Shown here: positions 1-7,468 of the stretch, in pieces
Layout: the number at the start of each line of letters is the position of its first letter
Numbering within the stretch: the first letter of the stretch is position 1
Source of the DNA: an uncultured Gammaproteobacteria bacterium
GTDB taxonomy: Bacteria > Patescibacteriota > Patescibacteriia > UBA9934
DNA: 33,237 bases
Assembly (NCBI GenBank): GCA_964491425.1
Contig: CAZBFR010000002.1
Coordinates: 1-33,237 of the forward strand
Direction: 5' to 3'
Translations under genes and position numbers: made by a program
Notes under the pieces: generated by a model
Seen by the model: the letters and a program-made list of their open reading frames with translations, nothing else
Databases searched by the model: none
Told to the model about the DNA's origin: nothing

Positions 1-19
1 TCGCGCACAAAGGCTCGGA

Positions 20-48
20 TTGACGGGGACATGAAAATCCCCTATAGT
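20..48 (+). promoter_or_regulatory. Putative sigma70-type promoter of rpsO
   Basis: TTGACG (20-25), 17-nt spacer, TATAGT (43-48). The same hexamer pair recurs upstream of rpmH. Confidence 0.5.
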
Positions 49-126
49 CCGCATATAACTTAGCCGTCCCCTTGGAGACCCAAATGAGCCCGGGTTTCTC
101 GGAGGCACGGATGAACAAATCAACCT

Positions 127-405
127 ATGCTCAGCAAATTACAAAAGCAAAAGCTCATCGACAAATACAAGACTCACGAGAAGGACACGGGTTCGCCACA
201 AGTCCAAATCGCAATCTTGACCGCGGAAGTGAAGGACCTTACGAAACACTTACGCATGCACAAAAAGGACTTCTCCTCACGACGAGGACTCCTTAAGAAG
301 GTTGTCGAGCGACGCCGACTCCTTAAGTACCTTGAACGCGAAGACCAAAAGGCGTACGATGTACTTGTCGAGGATCTCGGACTTCGAGTTGCAAAAACTG
401 TTTAA
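127..405 (+). CDS. rpsO: 30S ribosomal protein S15
   Basis: 92-aa ORF. The translation (...[16 protein letters not shown]...[19 protein letters not shown]...) fits the conserved S15 pattern. It lies upstream of pnp, as is usual. Confidence 0.95.
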   Translation: MLSKLQKQKLIDKYKTHEKDTGSPQVQIAILTAEVKDLTKHLRMHKKDFSSRRGLLKKVVERRRLLKYLEREDQKAYDVLVEDLGLRVAKTV

Positions 406-410
406 TAATG

Positions 411-442
411 AAGCCCGCCTAGCGCGGGTTTCTCTCTTTTTT
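411..442 (+). terminator. Intrinsic terminator after rpsO
   Basis: Stem 414-418 (CCCGC) pairs with 424-428 (GCGGG) around a 5-nt loop, followed by the T-rich tract 429-442. Confidence 0.6.
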
Positions 443-450
443 AAAAAACT

Positions 451-1131
451 ATGCTTATAGCTACAGACCGACGCGTTGGCGTTTTTATCGATGTACAAAA
501 CATGTACTACAGTGCCCGAAATATTTTTAACCGGAAAGTAAATTTTCCAAATATCGTAAAGGATGTTGTTGGCCCTGGGAAACTTATTCGTGCGATCGCC
601 TACACGGTCGCGACGCCCGGAGGCGAGGAGACACCGTTCTTTGACGCCCTTCGTAAAAATGGAATTGAGGTCATGGCAAAAGATCTCCAAGAGTTCGAGG
701 GAGGAAATAAGAAAGGGGATTGGGACGTTGGGCTTACGATCGACGTTGTACGGATGATCGACATGCTCGACGTTGTCGTCGTTGTGTCGGGGGACGGTGA
801 CTTTATTCCGCTTGCAGACTACGTACGCGGCCGAGGACGTATTTTTCACACAGCGTCGTTTAGAGAGTCTACCTCGAGTGCCCTTATCGAAAGCGTCGAC
901 GTCTACACAAACCTTTCGGCGGACAAGAAGCGATTCCTTCTTCCAGAGCGGGGAGACGAGCGAGAGGAAGGGGAAAAGCCGGCCCGAGCACCAAGACGAA
1001 AGTCCGCGCCAAAACAAGAGAAGGTAGAGACGGGGTACAGTGGAGACGACGCAATGTTCCTCGAAGAACATGACGACAATGAACCCATTGAAAAAATGGA
1101 AGAAGGACGATCGAAACGATTAAGCTTTTAG
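451..1131 (+). CDS. NYN (LabA-like) domain protein with a charged C-terminal tail
   Basis: 226-aa ORF. The N-terminal ~165 aa (VGVFIDVQNMYYS...VVVVSGDGDFIPL...) fit the NYN/LabA PIN-like fold pattern. The C-terminus is rich in E, R and K. Confidence 0.8.
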   Translation: MLIATDRRVGVFIDVQNMYYSARNIFNRKVNFPNIVKDVVGPGKLIRAIAYTVATPGGEETPFFDALRKNGIEVMAKDLQEFEGGNKKGDWDVGLTIDVVRMIDMLDVVVVVSGDGDFIPLADYVRGRGRIFHTASFRESTSSALIESVDVYTNLSADKKRFLLPERGDEREEGEKPARAPRRKSAPKQEKVETGYSGDDAMFLEEHDDNEPIEKMEEGRSKRLSF

Positions 1132-1136
1132 CACAT

Positions 1137-3392
1137 ATGGAAAAACAACGATTTACAACAAAGGTAGGGGAAAAAGAATTGATTATTGAGGTGGGAGCAT
1201 TTGCGCAATCCGCAAACGCGTCCGTCCTTGTACAGATGGGTGAGACGGTCGTTCTTGCGACGGCGGTTATGAGTTCGGAAACCCGTGATATGGATTTCTT
1301 CCCGCTCATGGTTGAGTACGAAGAGAAGCTTTACGCGGCGGGACGAATTAAGGGGTCACGCTTTATCAAGCGCGAGGGTCGACCGACCGACGAAGCGGTT
1401 CTTGTTGCGCGCTTTATTGACCGTGCAATCCGCCCACTCTTTAACGGAAGTATTAAGAACGAAGTACAAGTCATTGTTTCCGTTCTTGCGTTCGACGAAG
1501 AACATGACCCGGATATTCTCGGGCTCATCGGAGCATCAGCGGCACTCCATATCAGCGATATTCCATGGAATGGACCGATCGGAGCGGTGCGTATGTCGAA
1601 GATTTCGGAAAACTGGATTTTCAACCCGACCTACACCGAGCGCCTCACAACAAAATTTGATCTTGACCTTGCCGGTACACCGGAAAAAATCGTGATGATC
1701 GAGATGGAGGGGGATGAAGCGAAGGAAGACGAACTTCTCGAAGCGTTCAAGCTTGGAGGCGCATCGCTCAAGCCGGTAATTGAACTTATCGAGACCGTTC
1801 GCGCACAAGTTGGAAAGCCGAAAAAGGATCTTCTTACACCAAAAAATGACGCTGAAAAGGCAAAACGCGAAGAAAAAGAAGCGCTTATCGCCGAGGCTCG
1901 AACGTTCCTACGCGAGCGAATGGCAGATCTCTTTTTCTCGGCGCCTATTACAAAGAAGTCCGTACGCAATGAAAAGAAAGATCAGCTTAAAGCGGAAACA
2001 ATTGCTCACTTTACGGAAAAGGGATGGACTCCGGACCAAATTAAGGTTGCGACAGGGCTTATTTACGACTTCGTTCAAGAGGAGGCTTCGCGTTACATTA
2101 TCGAGAAGGGGCAACGTATCGACGGTCGAGGAATCGAAGAAATTCGACCGCTTACAATCGACGTCGGGATCCTTCCTCGTGTTCACGGATCGGGTCACTT
2201 CAACCGCGGAGGCACGCAGGTTCTCTCGATCTGTACACTTGGAGCCCCTGGAGATCAACAAACGCTCGACGGAATGGAGCTCGTTGGGGAAAAGCGTTAC
2301 ATGCACCACTACAATTTCCCTCCGTTCTCGGTGGGGGAGGCGAAACCGCTTCGAGGAGCGTCTCGCCGTGATATTGGACACGGAGCGCTCGCCGAAAAGG
2401 CTGTACGCCGAATGCTTCCGGAAAAGGAAACCTTCCCGTACACGATTCGCGTCGTTTCCGAAGTCCTCGACTCGAATGGTTCATCGTCGATGGCCTCAAC
2501 CTGTGCCTCAACCCTCGCCCTTATGGACGCCGGTGTTCCGCTTCGTAAACCGGTAGCGGGTATCGCGATGGGACTCGCTTCAAACGGAAGCGCCTACCGC
2601 GTTATTACCGATCTTCAAGACGTGGAAGACGGCCAGGGAGGAATGGACTTTAAGATTACGGGAACAAAGGACGGCGTAACCGCAATCCAAATGGACACAA
2701 AGACCGAAGGATTAACAATGGAAATCATTGCGCAAACCCTTACACAAGCGTACACCGCGCGTCTTTCAATCCTTGACGCGATGGCAAAGGTAATCGCCGA
2801 GCCACGAGCAGAACTCTCGCCAAACGCTCCACGTATCACGAGCCTCACGATTAATCCGGAAAAGATCCGAGAAGTGATCGGACCGGGAGGAAAGATGATC
2901 AACGAGATCATTGAAAAAACCGGTGTTGTTTCGATCGATATCGAACAATCAGGACTCGTTATGATCACCGCGAAAAACGGAGAGTCGGCGAAAAAAGCCT
3001 TCGATTGGATCCACAACATGACCCGGGAGATCGAAGCGGGAGAGCTTTTCGAAGGAACGGTAACGCGACTTATGGACTTTGGAGCATTCGTTGAATGCCT
3101 TCCTGGAAAAGAAGGTCTCGTGCATATTTCCGAGCTCGCCCCTTGGCGAGTCGCGAAGGTCGATGATATCGTACAGGTCGGAGACAAGGTTAAAGTAAAG
3201 GTCATTGAAATCGACGACATGGGTCGAACCAACTTGTCGATGAAACAAGCGGAAGGCAACGTCTACACCGAGGAAATGAAGGCAAAGGCCGCAACCGGAG
3301 CACCAGCCGGAAGACCGCAAGGTGGTGGAAGGCCACAAAGACCACAGGGAGGCCAAGGACCGCGCGGACCTCGACGACCGTTCTCTAGATAA
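1137..3392 (+). CDS. pnp: Polyribonucleotide nucleotidyltransferase (PNPase)
   Basis: 751-aa ORF with two RNase PH-like domains, a KH domain (GPGGKMINEI) and an S1 domain (G.V.R...FGAFVE). It ends in an R/G/P/Q-rich tail. Confidence 0.97.
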   Translation: MEKQRFTTKVGEKELIIEVGAFAQSANASVLVQMGETVVLATAVMSSETRDMDFFPLMVEYEEKLYAAGRIKGSRFIKREGRPTDEAVLVARFIDRAIRPLFNGSIKNEVQVIVSVLAFDEEHDPDILGLIGASAALHISDIPWNGPIGAVRMSKISENWIFNPTYTERLTTKFDLDLAGTPEKIVMIEMEGDEAKEDELLEAFKLGGASLKPVIELIETVRAQVGKPKKDLLTPKNDAEKAKREEKEALIAEARTFLRERMADLFFSAPITKKSVRNEKKDQLKAETIAHFTEKGWTPDQIKVATGLIYDFVQEEASRYIIEKGQRIDGRGIEEIRPLTIDVGILPRVHGSGHFNRGGTQVLSICTLGAPGDQQTLDGMELVGEKRYMHHYNFPPFSVGEAKPLRGASRRDIGHGALAEKAVRRMLPEKETFPYTIRVVSEVLDSNGSSSMASTCASTLALMDAGVPLRKPVAGIAMGLASNGSAYRVITDLQDVEDGQGGMDFKITGTKDGVTAIQMDTKTEGLTMEIIAQTLTQAYTARLSILDAMAKVIAEPRAELSPNAPRITSLTINPEKIREVIGPGGKMINEIIEKTGVVSIDIEQSGLVMITAKNGESAKKAFDWIHNMTREIEAGELFEGTVTRLMDFGAFVECLPGKEGLVHISELAPWRVAKVDDIVQVGDKVKVKVIEIDDMGRTNLSMKQAEGNVYTEEMKAKAATGAPAGRPQGGGRPQRPQGGQGPRGPRRPFSR

Positions 3393-3393
3393 C

Positions 3394-4485
3394 ATGGACA
3401 ATCTCTCAATTTCACTTACAGAGCGCAGGGCCCGCCAAACAGAATGGCGGGTTTTTGCGATTAGTCTCGCCTCCGGAGTCCTATTTGCCGTATTTCTTTT
3501 CGTGTTTTTTGCCCTGACGCAGTCTCTTCGTACGATAAGTAGCGTAGCGGACGAGCAAGTCGAAACGATCGCGTTCAAAAATACCCGAAGTGCGAAGGCT
3601 CTCGCGTATACACTCACTCTACCTATCGATAAGACGCCATTTTCGCTCAACGAACTCGTCGATACGCGAGCAAAGAGCATTGCGTTCCACTATAAAGAGG
3701 GGGCCTTCGTCGGTTTTTCACTCGACCACGCGCCAGAGTCCATTCTTTCAAAAGCGGTTACAGCGGGACTCGTCGCACAAACGAACGACGGCATTACAAC
3801 AATTACCGTCGTTCCAATTTCACTTTCGAATAATCCAAAATCGCCCTTCGTTTTCCGCACACTCTTCTCTCAGGGACTACATAAGAACGAATTGGGACAA
3901 TCAAGAGTTACGCTCAAACGAGGGAGCCTTACTTTGTCAACCGGAAGCACTCCGTTTACGACAAATTCTGCCCATTTACCAAGTGGCAGTGTTGTGACCG
4001 CGGTAAGTAATACCAGCGGATCTGAATTAATTTACGGCATGGGTCCTTACCGACTTATTACAGGATCAATTGGCGAAAGTCCGTTTTTCCATTTAACAAC
4101 ATCGTCCATACTACAAACGGACAGCCTTATCGAGATAGGTGCCGAACTAAGCGCTCGAACTGTTTTGTCTACGCAGGCGTTGACAACAGAAGATGGGTTT
4201 TTTAGAGAGCACGTAAACGGAAAACGAACCGAGCCGGTAATAACAAGCGACGGGGACATCACTACAATAACGTTTAGCGCCAGATCAACCGCAATCTACA
4301 TCGTAAAAACCCAAGAAATCACAACAATTACAAATATTCCACCGTCTCCAGAGCTTGTTTCATACGATGTTAAGAGCGCTTGCCTTAAAAGGGCGCATAG
4401 TTTTGCTCTCAATTCAGAATCATTTACGTCACCAATCGTCAAAGAACTCGCAGAAAGCAAGAAACGTCTTCGAATCTGTTTTTAA
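3394..4485 (+). CDS. Hypothetical membrane-anchored protein
   Basis: ATG at 3394 lies 1 nt after the pnp stop. One N-terminal hydrophobic helix (WRVFAISLASGVLFAVFLFVFFAL) is followed by an S/T-rich domain. I recognise no family. Confidence 0.6.
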   Translation: MDNLSISLTERRARQTEWRVFAISLASGVLFAVFLFVFFALTQSLRTISSVADEQVETIAFKNTRSAKALAYTLTLPIDKTPFSLNELVDTRAKSIAFHYKEGAFVGFSLDHAPESILSKAVTAGLVAQTNDGITTITVVPISLSNNPKSPFVFRTLFSQGLHKNELGQSRVTLKRGSLTLSTGSTPFTTNSAHLPSGSVVTAVSNTSGSELIYGMGPYRLITGSIGESPFFHLTTSSILQTDSLIEIGAELSARTVLSTQALTTEDGFFREHVNGKRTEPVITSDGDITTITFSARSTAIYIVKTQEITTITNIPPSPELVSYDVKSACLKRAHSFALNSESFTSPIVKELAESKKRLRICF

Positions 4486-4491
4486 CAAGAA

Positions 4492-4566
4492 CTGTGGATA
4501 ACTTGTGGGATATGCATAAGTTATCCACAGGAATTAAAAAAATGTGTGAGAAAAATTGTCCACACA
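4492..4566. promoter_or_regulatory. Cluster of DnaA-box motifs, ectopic at about 7 kb from dnaA
   Basis: Perfect TTATCCACA on the minus strand at 4493-4501 and on the plus strand at 4521-4529. They sit inside a perfect 12-bp inverted repeat (4492-4503 and 4519-4530). TTGTCCACA lies at 4557-4565 and a degenerate copy at 4504-4512. An AT-rich stretch (4531-4600) follows. Confidence 0.55.
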
Positions 4567-4601
4567 TTAGAAAAACCCTTTATTTTCGAACTATTTTGTT
4601 G

Positions 4602-4629
4602 TTGACTATTTGTGTTCAAGGTTTATACT
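4602..4629 (+). promoter_or_regulatory. Near-consensus sigma70-type promoter
   Basis: TTGACT (4602-4607), 16-nt spacer, TATACT (4624-4629). The predicted transcript start is near 4636. Confidence 0.55.
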
Positions 4630-4635
4630 AATAGT

Positions 4636-5008
4636 AGTTCCTTCAACAATTCCCGTTTGCCGGGTTCGCCGGCATGACACGGGGGAGGTTCCCCGAATCC
4701 CACACCTGAAAGTCAGCTGCTTTCGGGACAATCGTTCGGGGCACATCCCACTACTGTACTGTGATGCTTGTGCACTGGGGGTGCACACACATCAGGTTTG
4801 CGCGCAAAGGCCCGTAGACCACTTCATGGTAGAGTAGGATGTCAGTTTTTACATGGTATGCGCGCCGACTGGCCACTGCGTTGTTCCGATCAAGAAATTG
4901 GTCGTAAAAACCCAGTGACCACGAACGGTGTCAACCGTGTCGTGGGCACTACCGCTCCGGCCTATCTTAGAAAAAGCCGCGAGCAACCGTGCCCTCTTTC
5001 TTTTTCTA
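4636..5008 (+). ncRNA. Candidate structured non-coding RNA or long structured 5' leader, family unassigned
   Basis: About 400 nt with no credible ORF, and not AT-rich, unlike other spacers here. Strong local helices: 4705-4712/4720-4727; 4762-4775/4781-4794 (12 bp with a symmetric internal loop); 4887-4893/4898-4904 capped by a GAAA tetraloop; 4914-4929/4934-4950 (15 bp). The region ends in a T-rich tract near 4995-5008. The ends are approximate. Confidence 0.35.
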
Positions 5009-5078
5009 AAATTTTACCCATTTTCTTGCCATGGAAGGCCGTCTAGGCTATGCTGACCCATATCCTAACCCTGTCCTT

Positions 5079-5465
5079 ATGGCAAAAACAAAAGCTCACA
5101 GCGAGGCATTCGTTTCCGAAATGCGAACCGTCCTACAGAAAGAAAAGGAAAAGCTAGCCGCCGCCCTTAGCCGCCTTTCAAACAAGAACTCGTCAACAAA
5201 TGCTTACGAGGCACATTTTCCTGACTACGGGGACGATGAGGACGAAAATGCAATCGAAATCGCGGATTACACAAACAATATTCAAGTTCAGCAAGAACTT
5301 GAAAAGGCAGTTCGAGATGTCGATACGGCACTTGATCGGATAGACAAGGGCGTGTACGGAATTTGCAAATACACGGGCGAACTTATCAGCGAAGACCGAC
5401 TTCGAGCCCGTCCAACCTCCACTTCATCTGTCGCTAGTAAAAAAACCCTTACTCAAGAACGATAA
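5079..5465 (+). CDS. DksA/TraR-family-like protein with a degenerate zinc finger
   Basis: A coiled-coil region is followed by ...ALDRIDKGVYGICKYTGELISEDRLRARP..., which fits the DksA/TraR C-terminal pattern. Only one of the four Cys residues is present. An alternative start is the ATG at 5031. Confidence 0.6.
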   Translation: MAKTKAHSEAFVSEMRTVLQKEKEKLAAALSRLSNKNSSTNAYEAHFPDYGDDEDENAIEIADYTNNIQVQQELEKAVRDVDTALDRIDKGVYGICKYTGELISEDRLRARPTSTSSVASKKTLTQER

Positions 5466-5466
5466 A

Positions 5467-5907
5467 AAAACTCGGCAAGCATTCCTTTTTACGCTTGCTG
5501 GTTTTTTTATTCTCGTTTCAGACTGGCTCTTAAAGCAATTTGCAATCAATAATTTAGAAGAGATTACGTCGCCCGCCGGTCCCTTTTTCGACTTTGCACT
5601 CTATAAAAACCCCGGCGTCGCGTTTAGCGCACCGATTCCTCTCCCAATCGTTGTCGTGATAACGATTGTTGCGGTACTCTTCCTTGCCCGTATCGCTCTA
5701 CGAGCACGAACCGTAGAGCCTCTCGCGAGCGTCGGCGCACTTTTTATGATCTTTGGGGCTCTCGGAAATCTTACCGATCGCCTCGTCCACGGATTTACAA
5801 TTGATTATCTCGTTATTTTTTCTCGAAGTGTGATCAATTTCTCGGATATCCTCATCCTCCTTGGACTTTTTCTCCTACTAAGCTACCATAGCACTATCCC
5901 CCACTAA
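5467..5907 (+). CDS. lspA: Lipoprotein signal peptidase II; 5' end unresolved because no canonical start codon exists
   Basis: The frame is open from 5344 to 5907. From 5467 it reads KTRQAFLFTLAGFFILVSDWLLKQF...FFDFALYKNPGVAFS...GNLTDRL...INFSDI, which fits the LspA motifs. The first in-frame ATG/GTG/TTG is the GTG at 5656, which lies mid-protein. Confidence 0.8.
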   Translation, partial: KTRQAFLFTLAGFFILVSDWLLKQFAINNLEEITSPAGPFFDFALYKNPGVAFSAPIPLPIVVVITIVAVLFLARIALRARTVEPLASVGALFMIFGALGNLTDRLVHGFTIDYLVIFSRSVINFSDILILLGLFLLLSYHSTIPH

Positions 5908-5932
5908 GAAATAGGCTCCCCGCTTATCGATT

Positions 5933-7468
5933 ATGGGTTCTTTTTTTATTCCGTCTTGTTCGGTTATTGGTATTTCCGCGTTTCCTGTACGTGTTGAGGT
6001 AGATAGTGCTCGAGGGCTTCCAAAATGTATCATCGTCGGACTTCCCGACGTAGCGGTCACAGAGTCCCGCGAACGCGTTCGTTCTGCAATCGTAAATAGT
6101 GGTTTCACGTTCCCAAGAACGCGTATCACGATTAATCTTGCGCCAGCGTCAATGAAAAAGAGCGGGCCGGTTTTCGATCTCCCAATCGCAATCGCTCTCC
6201 TTTGTGCGACGGGGGTTTTAGACGCAAAAACACTTTCCCCGTACCTCTTTTACGGCGAGCTCGGTCTCGACGGAACGCTCGCATACACGAAAAACACACT
6301 TCCCGTCGCTCTTCTTGCAAAAGAGCTCGGGAGTCGGGGAGTCATCATTCCAGAAGAGTCAACGAAAGAAGCGGGGCTTGTTAGCGACGTTCCTCTTTAC
6401 GGAGTAGAAACCCTCCGCGCGCTTGTCGAGGCACTTAAATCGGGAACGCTCAAGGAAAGCGAAAAAAGAGCTACACGATACGTGGAGCGTAGTCACCTTG
6501 ATTTTAAGGACGTAAAAGGACATGGATTTGCAAAACGCGGGCTCGAAATCGCGATAAGCGGGGGACATAACGCGCTTCTTTCAGGTCCCCCGGGATCTGG
6601 AAAGACACTTCTTGCAAAAACCTGCACCTCAATCCTTCCTCCACTCTCGTTTAACGAAGCGATCGAGGTCACAACGCTTCGCGCCGCCGTCGAGGAGACC
6701 GATAGACTTATACAAGAACGCCCTTTCCGCGCCCCACACCATAGCGCTTCGCTTCCTGCAATTCTCGGCGGAGGAACCCTCCCTCGACCAGGAGAACTTT
6801 CGCTTGCCCACCTCGGAATTCTCTTTCTCGACGAATTTCCGGAATTTTCAAGGGAGGTAATCGAAGGCCTTCGCCAACCGCTTGAAGACGGCGTAGTGAG
6901 CGTCTCTCGCGCAAACCAAACAATAGAGTTTCCCGCACGCGTTTCACTTCTTGCAACAATGAATCCCTGTCCTTGTGGCTACTTTGGGGATCGGGAAATC
7001 GCCTGTACTTGCCTTCCATTCAAACGAGAGGCCTATCGGTCAAAGCTTTCCGGCCCAATCCTTGATCGATTCGATCTCTTCGTCGAAGTACCAAAAATTG
7101 CCCACAAAGATCTTTACAAGGCGACGTCCGAAGAACCCTCGAGCGCTATCCTTGAACGAGTGAACGCGGCCAGGGAACGACAATCGTTTCGTTACAAAAA
7201 AGTCGGCATTACAACGAATGCCGAACTTTCCGCCCCTCTTCTTAAATCCCTCTGCCCACTCCCTCTAGAGCTCGAGGAAGAGCATACTCGTCTCTCAACG
7301 CGCCTTGCTCTATCAAGTCGCGCATCTTTACGCGTCCTAAAGGTCGCGCGAACAATCGCCGACCTCGCAAACGCAGACAGGGTTTCCTACACACACCTCC
7401 TCGAAGCCCTCCAGTATCGCCCTCGGTTCGCAACCATCTTTAACGGACGTAGGAAAGCGGGTTCATAA
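5933..7468 (+). CDS. comM: Mg-chelatase-like AAA+ protein of the ComM/YifB family
   Basis: 511 aa. It has an N-terminal Lon-protease-like domain (VEVD...GLP...VGLPD...ESRERV) and a Walker A motif (GPPGSGKT), with the typical YifB C-terminus. Confidence 0.9.
   Translation: MGSFFIPSCSVIGISAFPVRVEVDSARGLPKCIIVGLPDVAVTESRERVRSAIVNSGFTFPRTRITINLAPASMKKSGPVFDLPIAIALLCATGVLDAKTLSPYLFYGELGLDGTLAYTKNTLPVALLAKELGSRGVIIPEESTKEAGLVSDVPLYGVETLRALVEALKSGTLKESEKRATRYVERSHLDFKDVKGHGFAKRGLEIAISGGHNALLSGPPGSGKTLLAKTCTSILPPLSFNEAIEVTTLRAAVEETDRLIQERPFRAPHHSASLPAILGGGTLPRPGELSLAHLGILFLDEFPEFSREVIEGLRQPLEDGVVSVSRANQTIEFPARVSLLATMNPCPCGYFGDREIACTCLPFKREAYRSKLSGPILDRFDLFVEVPKIAHKDLYKATSEEPSSAILERVNAARERQSFRYKKVGITTNAELSAPLLKSLCPLPLELEEEHTRLSTRLALSSRASLRVLKVARTIADLANADRVSYTHLLEALQYRPRFATIFNGRRKAGS

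Noticed and set aside
277-1071. A 264-aa minus-strand ORF opposite the NYN-domain gene.
   Set aside because: It fully overlaps a plus-strand ORF with a recognisable conserved domain, and its translation shows no features.
1285-3680. Multiple ORFs of 60-258 aa in alternative frames or antisense within pnp.
   Set aside because: All are nested in the 751-aa PNPase ORF, which is unambiguous.
4636-5008. Assigning the structured RNA candidate to RNase P RNA, tmRNA, SRP RNA, a cobalamin riboswitch or a c-di-AMP (ydaO) riboswitch.
   Set aside because: Only short string matches exist. GAAAGTC (4708-4714) and CCGGCCTATC (4957-4966) weakly resemble RNase P CR-I and CR-V, but the GGAAAGUCCGG core, the CR-II/III elements and the spacing are absent on both strands. 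There is no tRNA-like 3' end or tag ORF for tmRNA. GCCACTG and ACTGTA occur, but there is no B12 box. ACGGGGGA, CCGAATCC and GTCAGCT echo ydaO core strings, but in the wrong order and spacing. A covariance-model search is needed, so no family is claimed.
4610-5046. ORFs of 75 aa (4610-4837) and 92 aa (4768-5046) inside the large intergenic region.
   Set aside because: The translations are Cys/Arg/His-rich and not protein-like. There is no start context, and the frames coincide with strong RNA helices.
5656-5907. Treating the 83-aa ORF from the track as a stand-alone gene.
   Set aside because: It is the C-terminal half of LspA. The conserved N-terminal half continues upstream in the same frame, without a canonical start.
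7440-7468. Convergent gene-end overlaps: comM with the M23 peptidase (29 nt), DUF167 with yidD (21 nt), and the TrmB-like gene with the hypothetical gene (4 nt).
   Set aside because: This is common in compact genomes, and no additional signal was seen in the overlaps.
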